DNA from: Octopus sinensis | Lineage: Eukaryota | Reading direction: 5' to 3' | Assembly (NCBI RefSeq): GCF_006345805.1 | Contig: NC_043011.1 | Coordinates: 34,050,464 to 34,114,463 of the forward strand | DNA: 64,000 nucleotides | Shown here: piece by piece, positions 25,943 to 39,295 of the stretch | Numbering within the stretch: the stretch's first letter is position 1 | Layout: the number at the start of each line of letters is the position of its first letter | Notes under the pieces: model-generated | Database searches by the model: none | The model's input: only the letters and a program-made list of their open reading frames with translations | What the model was told of the DNA's origin: nothing | Position numbers and translations under genes: made by a program

Positions 25943-26260
25943 CAAGAGACAGGATACAAAAAGAGAGGAGACAGAGAGTAAGTGGAGATAAACAGAGAGA
26001 GAAAGATGGGAGACAAAGAGAGAGAGAGACAGAGAGGAGACAGAGAGAAAAAGGAGACAAACAGAGAGAGAGAAAAAGGAGACAGAAAGAGAGAGGAGAC
26101 AAACAGAGGCAATAAACAAAAATGGGGACAGAGAGAAGACATAGAGGAGAGACAGACAGAAACAGATAGACAGGAGACAAAGAGAGAGAGAGAGAGAGAG
26201 TAGACAAAGAGAGAGTGAGAAGACAGAGAGAGGGAGAGAGAGATAGACAAAAAGAAACAT
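25840..26260. repeat. Degenerate (AG)n/(AGAC) purine tract; a similar tract lies at about 38040-38740
   Basis: Direct reading; source of the LS-rich and RE-rich ORFs. Confidence 0.9.
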
Positions 26261-26443
26261 GGAAAAAGGAGTCATAAAGAAAGAGGGATTTTTCTTTTCA
26301 CTGGCCTAGCCAAGGGCAGCAACCCAAGACCTTTTTGAAGACCTCTAAAAACTGGTGATAGGGAAATGAAGGGAATCATAATTCATAGGTCATGCTCAAA
26401 TTAGGGACCTTTGCAAATGCTCCAAACTGAGTAGACTCTAAAT

Positions 26444-26767
26444 CAGGCCTGGCCAACTGGAATTACTTCGTAGGCCATTCTAATCACAGAAAGTTTTTTG
26501 AGGGCCACTTGTATATAGATAGAATTGAAAGCATTTTACTTTCTCATGCTTACAATAACGAATGAACAATCATTGATGCAACATAAAATATTATTGTTAC
26601 AAAAACAGTAGCATCTTTCTTTTTACTTTTCATTACAATCTTTAGTTTCTGATAAAATTTTTAAAATGCTTGCTTAAATAAACTCATTTCAAGAAAGTAC
26701 CAAGTGGACCGCAAGATAAAAGTTAGCAGGCCGCATGCAACTTCAGGCCTCAGGTTGGCTTGTGCTG
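26444..26767. mobile_element. hAT-type MITE with intact 8-bp TSD CTCTAAAT
   Basis: Termini CAGGCCTGGCCAAC and GTTGGCTTGTGCTG; identical 8-mers at 26436-26443 and 26768-26775. Confidence 0.85.
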
Positions 26768-27539
26768 CTCTAAATGCACCTAAGGGCCTAGAGGTGGTGG
26801 CGGTGGTGGTGAGATTAATTCTATCAACTTTCATCACTTGTAAATGCTTTCTAAACAAAGTCATCTCATCATCATCATAAACTTTTATCGTCCAATTTTA
26901 CATGCTTGCATAGACTGGCCAGAATTTATTGAGGGCCAGCGCTCTTCAAGTCCCCAGCCCTCACCTGTTTCCGAGCAAGGTAACATTTCCCCATAGCCAG
27001 ACACATTTTCACATTAAGGCTGGAAATGAATAACACTGCTTTGACAACAGTGACACTCATTTCCAACTATTACGCAATGTCAAGACGAGTCACACACACA
27101 CACACAGATACATGCACACATCCAGACATACAAACATACACACACTCACACACACATACATACATACATACATACATACACATACACATATATATTTACT
27201 TGTTTCAGTCATTAGACTGCGGCCATGCTGGGGCATCACCTTACATTTTAGTCAAACTAGTCAACCCCAGTGCTTAATTTCTTTTTAAGCCTGGTACCTA
27301 TTCTATTGATCTCTTTTGCAAAAGAGTTACAGGGACATAAACACACCAACACCAGTTGTCAAGTGGTGGTAGGGAACAAACACAGACACAAAAACACACA
27401 TATGTATGTATACCTGCTGACTAATGGACTCCAGAAATGGCCATCGAATTGCTTCATATTGACATTACAGTCCTCTATAAAACATTTGTTCAGAACTCTT
27501 CTAAACTTTTAAATCCAAAGTTCAAAGACTGAATGAGTT

Positions 27540-27900
27540 ATCATCATCATCATCATCATCACCATCATCATCATTTAATGTCTGTTTGACAAGGGCTGGC
27601 AGCTGGAAGGCAGCACCAGACTCCAGTCTGATTTGGCATGGTTACTACAGCTAGATGCCTTTCCTAATGCCAACCACTGAGAGTGTAAATGAATGCTTTT
27701 ATGTGCCACTGGTATGGGTGCCATTTGCATGACACCAGTATCTGCCACAATCGTGATTTTACTTGGCTTGATGAGTCTTTTCTCAAGAACAGCATAATGC
27801 CAAAGGTCTCGGTCATTCGTTGTTGCCTCTGTGAGGCCCAACACTCGTAAAATGCTTTTCACAGCCACCTTGCCTCCATGACGCCCAACACTCAAAAGAT
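27540..27900 (-). mobile_element. 5'-truncated RTE LINE: ORF C-terminus, 3' UTR and (GAT)n tail
   Basis: LRVLGLTEATTNDRDLWHYAVLEK runs directly into the (GAT)n-tailed module. Confidence 0.8.
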
Positions 27901-27973
27901 GCCAGATAAAATACATAGTTATACGTCTGGATCTATAACTTTGTGAAGAGAATTTTCTAAAATTTTTACTTAC

Positions 27974-28037
27974 CATATCTGACCTAACACAGCAGTTGGA
28001 AGTCCTGATTGCATAAAGAAACCTTTGGCTTGTTCCC
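27974..28037 (-). CDS. ITSN: Intersectin exon, 64 nt, EH1 middle (EQAKGFFMQSGLPTAVLGQIW)
   Basis: ctttcatttttcag|GG GAA CAA GCC...CAG ATA TG|gtaagt; phase 1-2. It is absent from the ORF track and was found by searching for the missing EH segment. Confidence 0.96.
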
Positions 28038-28455
28038 CTGAAAAATGAAAGACGTAAGACTTAGTTTTTACCATTTGCATAAAATAACTGCATACAGAAC
28101 ATCAATGTACCATCATATTTACCTGACTACTGGATGTCACACACCACGAGTCACAATGTGCTTCCATGTACTGTCATAACCTTCGAATGGTACCACCCGA
28201 TTCGGTAGGTGAACAGGCCAACATTCCCCAAAATTGAATGCCAATCTGTCTCAGGTTTAGCCATTTACAGCCAAGTGGACTGGGACAACATGAAATTAAG
28301 TGTTTTACTCAAAAACACTATGCACTGCCAGTCTGGGAATCATAACACTAAGACTTTGCAAACATGAGTGCAACACCCTGATCCGTAGGCCACACACCTA
28401 CATATAATTCAATAAAATTTGCATAAAATAATTGAGATATTTCATTTATCTACAC

Positions 28456-28808
28456 CAATGATTCTCAACCAGGGTCCATATGAGATTTGAGGGTCCATAG
28501 AAAATTTGGCACAGGGTGGGGGGGGGGCACACAACAACATAGTAAATTGGGGATCCACAATAGTATTTTAAGGGACCCTGAAAAATTTTTGCTTTAGATG
28601 TATGTATTAGTACTTATTGTAAGAAACATTTAGGTTTCTTTCTTGAACATTTTACATAGTTCAACCTAAACAAGTTAACATGTGAAAAACAAAATATGAA
28701 TTTGGAAAGCAGTTTCTATAAAACTAGTTTTTAAACATCAAATGGCTATGGAGGTTCACCAGAATAAAAAAGTAATGAAAGGAATCCATAGATGGTTGAG
28801 AACGCCTG
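28456..28808. mobile_element. hAT-type MITE, no TSD recognisable
   Basis: Termini CAATGATTCTCAACC and GGTTGAGAACGCCTG; a right-end fragment of the same family lies at about 46850-46955. Confidence 0.7.
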
Positions 28809-28824
28809 TAGATTCTACAGATAT

Positions 28825-29047
28825 TTATCCCTTTAGCATGTAATCCATTCGAAATATTCTACCTGTTTTTATCTCCAAACGGAGCAGATCCAGCCTCACA
28901 CATACCCTACAATATCATTATAATAAGAAACAATCACATCATCAACATTTTAGAGCTACGAGATAAAGCATGACTAATTCAAAACAAAACAACTTGGATA
29001 AATAAGCAATAACATTTGACAGAGTAATCTGAATGCTAAAAGGTTAA
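28825..29047. mobile_element. TTAA-type (piggyBac-like) MITE family 2
   Basis: TTAT-CCCTTTAGCAT ... ATGCTAAAAGG-TTAA. Confidence 0.75.
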
Positions 29048-29794
29048 TTCAATAAATATTTCACCAGCTTTAGACTCTTTTTTTTTTATCATTAGTCTCA
29101 AAAATTAGAATAATGATAGGACTATGTACCAACAACTCAATGTAATACCCAACTGAGCTGAAGAGTCACAAGACTAGACATACTGCCTACAAATGGCTAC
29201 AAGAATGACTGGAAAATCTAGTATGAGAGCTTCTCTTCTTGAAATGTGTTACTTCCATTTTTCTTTTTCTTTTTTTCTCTCATACAATTTTGGGTTTTTT
29301 TTTATTGGTTTAGAGACCATTCACAGATAGACAAAAATGTTTATGGATAGCTCTTTACATACATTGAAAGTTTTAAATCTAATTGGCCGTGAGCCTGTGA
29401 AGCACTTCCTTTCCAGAATAAAACAAGTTAACAACTCGGGGGTGGGGGGGAGAGAAGAGATATTGTCAATAAACATTAGATGATAAAAATTAAATACAAA
29501 CGTACATACACACAAACACACACTCACACACATGTATGTGTATGTATCAATATATACATGTGTGTATATGTATATGAGTGTGTGTATGTATTTATGTATG
29601 TATATGTACGATGTGTGTGTATGAATGTATGTATATATATGATGTGTGCGTGTATGAATGCATATCTGTGTATATATGTATATATATGTATGTGTACATG
29701 TGTATGTGTATATATATATATATACGCATATATATGTGCATGTTTATGTATTGAATATATATATATATAATAAAAAGAGAGATCAGCATCTTAC

Positions 29795-29887
29795 CTGTAA
29801 TAAAGCCATTAACAGGTTTCAGTAGGAAAAACTGGGAGTCATGTTTTCCTCTCTCCTCCCCAGTAATACGCCATACATCAGATCCCC
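29795..29887 (-). CDS. ITSN: Intersectin exon, 93 nt, EH1 N-terminal part ([30 protein letters not shown])
   Basis: tttttcctttctgtttcag|GG GGA TCT...ATT ACA G|gtaaga; phase 1-1; translation matches intersectin EH1. Confidence 0.96.
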
Positions 29888-30714
29888 CTGAAACAGAAAG
29901 GAAAAAAAGTTCCAAATATGTTAACAAAACAAATCAAAACAGAATCAGCAAATAATAATAATAATAATAATAAAAATAGCCATTCCATGTTTTTTATTCA
30001 TCAGATAAAATCATATTCAAAAGACAAGTTGACAGCAGCCAGAAATGATGTTACATATTGGATTTTCTGACTGAATTAAATCAAGAAAAAAAAAAGGTCA
30101 TTTCAAATAAATAATAAAACATACAATAACAACAAATGTACAACAAAAAAAAAAGAGAAAAAAGAAAAGGAAAAAGAATGAGGATGAAGAGGATGAATAT
30201 GCAAAACTTATAGAGGCTCAATCAGATATATGATAAATGTAGAGGCTTTAGAAATTGTTAAAAGCAAAATTCCTGAATGTGTAAGTACTGCAACGTGTCA
30301 CATAAAGGACGAATAAAAAAGACATGTGATAGAATGCGCATAGAATTAAGATTGGATTATTATATAATCATCAACTGTTGGAAACATGGGGGAAAAATCC
30401 ATTCGGTTTCTAAGTGTGATGATGTGTAATGGAGGAAGAAAAAGAAAAAAAGAAACAGAGTAAAATGAGTCAAGATGAATCGAAAAGAATGTAATTTAAA
30501 TATTGACAATTTCAAAGGAAAGGAAGGAAGCAAAACACAGAATCTAATGGAAAATGCTTTCCTGGAAACCCAACAGTTTTCTTTTTCAAAAACACCAAAA
30601 GCTGAAATTTTATACAAATGGACCTTTTTTTTTTTTTTTTTAAAGTAAATAGACAGGCATATATTAACATATTTTATATACATATATATATACGTATATA
30701 TACATATACGTGTG

Positions 30715-30760
<46 letters not shown>

Positions 30761-31148
30761 TATATATATATATACACGCACACACACATACACACACATC
30801 TTTTTTCTTTTTACTTGTTTCAGTCATTTGACTGTGGCCATGCTGGGGCGCCGTCTTGAAGTGTTTCAGTCGAACAAATCAACCCAAGGATGAATTTTTT
30901 TTTAAAGCCTGGTACTTATTCTATTGGTGTCTTTTGTTGAACCACTAAGTGACAGGGATGTAAACACATCGACACCAGTTGCCAAGAAGATAGGCTTCTT
31001 TCAGTTTTCATGTACCAATTCCACTCACAAGGCTTTGGTTGACCCGAGACCATAGTAGAAGACACTTGCCCAAGATGTCCCACAGTGGGACTGAACCTCG
31101 AACCATGTGGTTGGAAAGCAAGCTTCTCACTATGCGGTCACACCTGTA

Positions 31149-31195
<47 letters not shown>

Positions 31196-31802
31196 ATATA
31201 TTAATTCAATAAATTTGCATATTTGTATCAATTCTTAGACTTGAAAGTTTTATCTCCATCTGAATGTATTTCCTGATCCAACAACAAGGCAGAGGCAATA
31301 ATTTTTTCCAGACCCAATTATGAAGTAGAAATGACAAGCCTTCAAGGAAGAAATATTAGGAGTCTTAACAATGATGTGCCCTATTAACCTTTTTAACACC
31401 AACCTGCATGAGACTGCTACCCCACGCCATTCCCCTGGTTCCATGAGAGAATGAGGGAAACATTAAAATGCCTGCTGTCAAGTCAACATGAAATCAGTGA
31501 CACCAAATAGGCGGTGCCAAAACAGCTGTGCAAGAACGTCTCACACTTGAGAATGCACATTTTCAGGAATAAGACACTTGATAACAATCAGATATTACAC
31601 TAACCAAAGCATACGATAAAGGCATCCATCCATGGAAAAACCTGCCTCAATGAATTCTGTCCAATTCACACAAGAATGGAAAAGAGGACATCAAACATTA
31701 CGAAGATGACAAATCCCAATAATGAACCTGCTGCATATCTACTTCAAAATCGAGACGTAAAATGTCAAAATATCTTAAGCTCAATAAGTTTATTTATTAT
31801 TC

Positions 31803-32367
31803 AGGTATGGGTGTGTGGTAAGAAGCTTGCTTCCCAACCACATGGTTCTGGGTTCAGACCCTCAGCATGGCACCTTGGGCAAGTGTCCTCTATTATATAG
31901 CCTTGGACTGACCAAAGCCTTGTGAGTGGATTTGGTAGACAGAAACTAATGAAAGCCCTCATGAATATATATATATAAATTAGAGAAAAAAAACACTATT
32001 ATGTAATTCAAACAATGATAGACATAAACCATATCGTATAGATAAAACATATATAAAACATATATCTAGATCACAAAAACTAATATTATTATACTCCCTA
32101 ATATTATTATTATTGAGTGAGAGAGCAGCACATGCCATCAAAATGACACTGGGGTAAAATATACGAAGCCCAGTATACCCATCATGACTACCCGACTGAT
32201 AAGGGTACACTAGGCACATGCATCATAACCATGTGCACGACAGGGTGATCTCATATCAAGATAAACAGCACATGACCTTGCAGATGGGGCCTAGTTAGAA
32301 TTTTCTTCTAGTTGAGTAGCCCATCCTGCTCAAAAGGTCCCTGAATAAGGGTTGTTTAAGGATGTTA

Positions 32368-32401
<34 letters not shown>

Positions 32402-32620
32402 GTGTGTGTGTGTCTTTGTGACTGTCTTTGTCCCTACACACCCATCATCACTTGACAACTGATGTTGGTGTGTTTATGCCCCTGTAACTTAGCAGTTCGG
32501 CAAAAGATACCAATAGAATAAGTAGTAGGCTTAAAAAGAATAAGTCTTGGGGTCAATTTGTTTTGACTAAACCCCTTTAAGGTGGTGCTCCAGCATGGCT
32601 GCAGTAAAAGAATGCAAAAA
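31803..32620 (+). mobile_element. SINE family A split by about 430 bp of inserted sequence in its central microsatellite
   Basis: 5' half at about 31803-31975 and 3' half at about 32400-32620, with an unrelated repeat-like sequence at about 32105-32370 between them. Confidence 0.65.
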
Positions 32621-32810
32621 AATACTGATATGAATTAATTAGTGTGACAATAGACAATAGTTCTAGAAATTGTCCCTGATAACTAACAGGATATTCCTTA
32701 ATTACTAACCACTTCCTTATTGAGGTCACAAGTACTTTGGGTTCTTAATATATGTATATACATATATATACATATATATGTATATATATATATATATACA
32801 TGTGTGTGTG

Positions 32811-32866
<56 letters not shown>

Positions 32867-34124
32867 CACACACATATATATATATACACACACATATATA
32901 CATACATACACACACATATATGCATATATGTGTGTGTTTTATTTTATGTAAATCAGATCAGACAAGAAGAAAAATTAAAATGAATTATTTACGGGTTACT
33001 TCCTTCATTGCAGTCCAACAAAGCTCTTCAAAGTCAGGTTTAGCTACAGTATTTTTTTTTTTTTTTTGACAGTTTCTTGATTTTGTCTTCGTCCTTAATT
33101 GCTATTATGTACCCAATCATGTAAAAAAAAAAAAAAATCTCTTCACTTAGTTTACAGATTCATTATGTCTTCTCTCTGATTACCTCCTTCCTTCCTTCCC
33201 TCTTTCTTTCCTTCTTTCATTCCTTCTTTCTTTCTTTCTCTCTCTCTTTCTCATATACAAACAGTCTATCTTCTAGCCCTTCTCTTTTGTTTCATTCATT
33301 GGTCTGCAACCATGCTGGGGCACCACGTTGAAGGGTTTAGCTGAACAGATCAGCTCCAGTACTTTATATATATATTAAAGTCAGATACTTATTTCTTCTG
33401 TCACTTTTACTGAAATGCCAAGTTATAGGGATGTAAACAAACCGACACCATTTGTCAATTAGTGGGAGGGGGGAGCAAACAAGCACAAAGACACACACAC
33501 AATATATATGAATAAATAAATATACATACATACATTCAACAGGCTTCCACACAGTTTCTATCAACCAGATTCACCCACAAGGGATTGGGTTGGACCAGGG
33601 CTATAGTACAAGACACTTGCCTGTGGTGCTGCGCAGTGAGAGTGAACCCAAAACAATGTGATTACAAAGCAAGCTTCTTAAACACACAGCCATGTCTGTT
33701 TATCTGCCTTAAAACCTCTTCCCCCAAAACAGCCAATAAATTAAGTTCAGTGAATCAAACGGAAAAGAATTCATAGCACCAATCCTCCAAGACAGAGCGT
33801 CAATGTGCCACAGGGTAACAAAAACTCTTATAACAATCACCAACATAATCACCCTCATCATGTTCTTGTTGTTGTTGTTTTTAAGACCCAAGTCACCACT
33901 GACTAAGCAAACTTATGATGAAATGCATTTAAGCCATGACATTTTGTTTCCTGAGGGGTTTTTTGCAGACATACAGTTTCCAAAATGACTCCGTCCAACA
34001 TGTCATCTGTTTATTTAAAATGGTAAAGCATGGTCTGAATGAGATCTTGCAGCTATTTATTGCAGAGCAAGTGACTTTTCAGAAGTTCCCATATTGGTTT
34101 GTCATTACGCATTGATAAGTTGTG

Positions 34125-34925
34125 GGTGGATTATTAAGGTGGATTATTATGACAGAAATAAAATTGATATGATGGAAGGTGAATTATTATGATGGAGGGC
34201 GAGCTATTATGGCAGAGGGTGAATTGATATGACAGAAGGTGAATTATTATGACAGACAGCGAATTATTACAACAGAGGGTGAATTATTACGACAGAGGGC
34301 GAATTATTATGACAGCGGGCGAATTATTATGACAGAGGGCAAATTATTACGACAAAGGGCAATTTATTATGACAGAGGGCGAATTATTACGACAGAGGGC
34401 GAATTATTATGATAGAGGGCGAATTATTACGACAGAAGGCAAATTATTATGATGGAGGGCAAATTATTATGACAGAGGGTGAATTATACGACAGAGGGCA
34501 AATTATTATGAGAGACGGCGAATTATTACGACAGAGGACGAATTATTATGACAGAGGGTGAATTATTATGATGGAGGACAAATTGTTATGGAGGCTGGAT
34601 TATTATGATGGAAGCCAGATTATGATGAAGAGCAGATTATTATGATGGAGGGCAGATTATTATGATGGAAGCCAAATTATGATGGGTGGGTTATTATTAA
34701 AGAGGGCAGGTTATTATGGAGGACAGATTATTATGACAGAGGGCAGATTATTATGATGGAGGGTGAATTATTATGATTGAAGCCAAATTATGATGACAGG
34801 TGGATTATTATTATTAAATGGGGCAGATTATTATGATTAAGGGTGGATTATTAGAATGGAGGCTGGATTATTAAGATGGAGGCCAGATTATTATGGAGGC
34901 CAGATTATTATGGAGGGCAGGTAGA
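34125..34925. repeat. 20-bp minisatellite, about 40 units, consensus GACAGAGGGCGAATTATTAT grading into GATGGAGGGCAGATTATTAT
   Basis: The 20-bp period is visible in register from 34141 to 34480; later units include shorter (about 17 bp) variants. Confidence 0.93.
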
Positions 34926-35223
34926 TAATAATGACACAGTGTAAACAAAATAATAATCAATAAATGGCTTCTTTCTTCTTTTTTTTTTTTTGAAACAGAG
35001 AGAAGAGAAAGACAAAAAGACGGCTAGTTTTAGGAACCAACCAAGGTGAACAGTTGTTTAGAATTTTGCAAAACACAAGGAGAGACTGAGGAGAGACTGC
35101 TGCAAAACAGGCATAAATAACTAAAGATAGAATCACATAAATTATATTCTTAAGAGTTGTTGAGAATAAAGCATTTCAGACAGGAATCCAATAATCCAAC
35201 ACACACTGCAGATAGGAAGCCCA

Positions 35224-35372
35224 GTGTGTGTGTGTGTGTGTGTGCACGTGTGTGTGTGTGCACGTGTGTGTGTGTGCACGTGTGTGTGTGCACATGTGTG
35301 TGCACATGTGTGTGCACATGTGTGTGCACGTGTGTGTGTGTGTGCGTGTGTATGTGTGCATGCACGTGCGTG
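35224..35372. repeat. 149-bp uninterrupted alternating purine-pyrimidine tract, (GT)n with GCAC interruptions
   Basis: Direct reading; five CACGTG and three CACATG. Confidence 0.9.
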
Positions 35373-35785
35373 GATGTAGGCATGTATAAATATATATATA
35401 TATACACATCTTTTAATTATTTCAGCCATTTGACTGTGGCCATGCTGCAGCATTCTTTATTGAACTGCTGAGTCACAGGAATGTAAACAAACCAATACCA
35501 GATGTCAAGCAGAGGTGACACACAAACACAACAAAACACAAACCCCATACATACACACACACACGTGTGTGTGTGTGTGTGTGTGTGACAGGCTTCCTCC
35601 CAGTTTCCATCTACCAAATTCACTCAAAAAGTATTGGTCAACCTGGAGTTATAGTAGAAGATGCTTGCCCCAGGTGCCCCACAGTAGGACTGAACCCGAA
35701 ACTGCATGATTGCAAAGTAAGCTTTTTAAATCACACAGTTATGCCTTTGCCTAGAAGCCATGCAGCATTAACAGCCATCCTTGCA

Positions 35786-35843
<58 letters not shown>

Positions 35844-36499
35844 ATCATCATTCTCACCATTTTAACGTCTACTTTTCTATGCTTGCATGGATCAGATGAG
35901 AGAACAATGGTGCAGTCTTCCACAGCCAAATGCTCTTCATGATGCCAACCTTCTATTTCCAAGCAAGGCAATAATCTTCTGGCATGTTTACACAGAGACT
36001 GGAAACAAAGGACACCATCATCAAAGTCATTGTTCACAGTCAGTGGACTTACAGGAAGATGAAAGGAAAATACAAAGTCACTCATCCACACACACACACA
36101 TACACACATATTGGATAAACTTGTAAGAGAAGGCCAAAACAATGTGAGCTGAAATACAAAGTAAACTACCAGAAAGAAAACATCAGTGCTGTGGAGAAGA
36201 AAAGCTAGTATGCATGGGCAACTTGTGCTTTGGTGGGGGAGGGCTTGTGCCTCAGAGGATAACTTTCTAGGCGCAATCCCATGGTCATTCGTGACCAAAG
36301 GGTGTCCTCGTTTTTTCTTGTCCTTTTTTCTACATTGTGTTTTCTTAACTATTTACCACATGCTCGCTTAGAACCCCATCCTTCCAACTTGCTTTGGAGT
36401 ACCGAATTCGCAAAATTCTTTCTACAATCAGATTACATCACCCTATTCATTTAGAGTATGCCATTTCTGCACTTTGATTGTGAATCACATATATATAGC

Positions 36500-36768
36500 A
36501 CCATCCGAATCGTGGCCGATGCCAGCGCCGCCTTGACTGGCACCAATCCGATTGTGGCCATTGCCAGCCTCGCCTGGCACCTGTGCAGGTGGCACGTAAA
36601 AAGCACCCACTACACTCATGGAGTGGTTGGCGTTAGGAAGGGCATCCAGCTGTAGAAACACTGCCAGATCAGACTGGAGCCTGGTGCAGCCTTCTGGCTT
36701 CCCAGATCCCCGGTCGAACCGTCCAACCCATGCTAGCATGGAGAACGGACGTTAAACGATGATGATGA
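36500..36768 (+). mobile_element. Young RTE-type 3' UTR copy with (GAT)n tail
   Basis: CpG-rich, ends GCTAGCATGGAGAACGGACGTTAAAC(GAT)n; close relatives at 40425-40692 (+) and 50177-50440 (-). Confidence 0.85.
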
Positions 36769-37039
36769 TATATATATATAGAAATAAATAGAGAGAGAAA
36801 GAGGGGGGAGTGTAAATGACCAAGGCAATAGAGTGGTAGGTTACAAACCAAGAGGTTTGTGTTTCATGTCCTATCCTCAACAGTGTGATGTGTATATGAA
36901 CAAAGATTTTGAATGAAACATAAATCTGAAATGGCCTGGTCTTTTTCACCAATGTTCTCAATCTACTTGCTGTTAACAACAGGTTGTATGTAGACAAATA
37001 TGGATGCTCTGGTATTAAACTGAATGTAAATAACACAGT

Positions 37040-37740
37040 AAGGATCATCATCATCATCATCAGAACCATGATGGTGGTGGACACTCAGTCATAATGATAA
37101 CAAGGAGGTGGTGATGAGAATGATGATGATGCGAAGGAGGAGGAGGATAATTACAGTGAAGACAATGAGGGTGAAGTAGGATAATTATAGTAACAATGAA
37201 AGTGATATGATGATGATGGTGGTGGTGGTGGTGGTGGTGGTGGTGACGACAATGATGATGATAGTAATGATGAAGAGGAGGAGGAAAGTGATGATGGTGA
37301 TGATGATGATGACAGTGATGCTGATGGCAATGATGAAGATGGAGATGGGAGGAAGACGAAGAGGTGGAAGCGCAAATTGATGTAGCTAATCACAGAGATG
37401 ACGGTGATGATTATTTTTAAGACTAAGATATTGATGATTGCAATGACGGTGGAGAGGGAGGAGGTGCAGTCGATTACAATAATAGAGACAAACGATTATA
37501 GTTATGACAACGATGATGATATTACCAATGATGATAACAGAGCAATTTTACAAGCAATGATGGTATAATCGTGATGGTGGGTGGGTGGTGGTGACAGTAA
37601 TGGTGGTGATGGTGATGATAATGGTGGTGGTGATGATGATGATGAAGACAGTGATGACAGTGGTGGTGGTGGTGATGGCAACAGTAATGGTGGTCACGAT
37701 GATGATGATAACAATGATGATGATGGTGACAACGTTGGTC
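37040..37740. repeat. Cryptic (GAT/GGT/GAG) trinucleotide tract; a similar tract in the opposite orientation lies at 45335-45630
   Basis: Direct reading. Confidence 0.9.
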
Positions 37741-39032
37741 ATTATGATCTCTATTTTATCAACTAAGTCCAGCTACATCATTAGCAGAATATTCCAGGAA
37801 CATAAATTAAGTTATAATTTTTTTTTTTAATTTCCATTTTCCTTTCAATTTGGCAAGGAAGAATTAAAAGGGGAATGTTTCTGTTGCAGTTTGTTTCTTT
37901 TCTTCGATTTCTTTTTTCTTTTTTTTTTTTTTTTTTGCTCTTTATTATTAATATTTAGCAGTGCTGTGTTGTGCAGAAAACGTCTACTATTGGCACTGCC
38001 ATCTATGAACCAACAGATTCTCATTTTTTGTTATGGAAGCAGAATTCTATAAAACGGGGGAACTAATTGTAATATATTTGATACAAGAGAGAGGAAGGAA
38101 GAAGGTGGACAGAGTCAGAGAGAGAAATAAAACAGCAAATGGAAAGAGAGAGAGGTTTGTAAAGAGAAAAAAAGAGCAGTGGAGGAGGGAGAGGGAACAG
38201 AGAGAGGGGGGAGAAAGGGAGAGCAATGTCGAAAGGTAGAGGGAGACTGTGCAGAAAGAAGTGGAGAGAGAGAGAGAGACTGAGAGTTGTATATGTGTGT
38301 GTAGAGAGAGAGAGGGAGGGAGAGAGAAAGAGATATGTAATGAGAGACAGAACACTGTGTGTGTGTGTGTGTGTGTGCACACGGGCACGTGTGTGTGTAT
38401 GTATGCGTGAGTATCTGTGTGTACAGAAAGAGAGAGAGCTGTGTGTACAGAGAGCAACAGGGCTGTGCAAAGAAAGAGACAGTGAGCTATGCAAAAAGAG
38501 ATCTAGAGACCCATGGAGACAGAGTTGGAATGTGACAGAAAAAAGACGAAGTATAAGGTAGTAAGAGAAAGATAGAGAAGATAGTGAAGTGAGAGGGGAA
38601 AGAGAGCGACAGCAGAGAGAGCAAAAGAAAACGAGAGAGAGAGAGAGAGAGAGAGAAAATGAGCACAGTGCAATGATTGAGAGTGACAGAGAGATAGAAC
38701 AGAACAGTACATAAAGAGAGAGAGAAAGAAGAGGCTGATGCTAATAGCAATTTGGACATGTTATGGAAACAAAGGATGCAAGATAGGTAACAAAAAAAAA
38801 TATAGTTGGGGAAGAGAAATAGCAAAGGAAACATGAAACAAAATAATCAAGAAAAGAAAACGGTAACAAAGAACCAGCATAGATGATATGGCTAAATTTC
38901 TGAGATTAATATAGAAATGATAATAATTTTAAACGTTGCTGGTTATTAATCTTGTCTTTCAAGCATTCATGTAAAATAATTCTGCTTTCAAACTGAGCCA
39001 ATATCCAACGGAACTCATGATTTTATATAAAT

Positions 39033-39236
39033 ACTCTTTTACTTCTTTCAGTCATTTGACCGCAGCCATGCTGGAACACTGCCTTTAGTCAAGCAAATCA
39101 ACCCCAGGACTTATTCTTCGTAAGCCTAGTACTTATTCTATCGGTCTCTTTTGCCGAACCACTAAGTTACGGGGACGTAAACACACTAGCATCGGTTGTC
39201 AAGTGATGTTGGGGGGACGAACACAGACACAAACAA

Positions 39237-39295
<59 letters not shown>

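Noticed and set aside
10659-29887. Alternative identity as EPS15, REPS or EHD
   Set aside because: The EH domain is N-terminal and matches intersectin-specific strings (EER.KHD.QF, LKP..GFITG, EFSIAM.LIK.KLQGY.LP).
37548-37830. Asp/Gly-rich ORFs here, Thr/Ile-rich ORFs at 45279-45692 and the acidic ORF at 52587-52772
   Set aside because: These are triplet-repeat tracts open in several frames and on both strands, with no credible splice sites.
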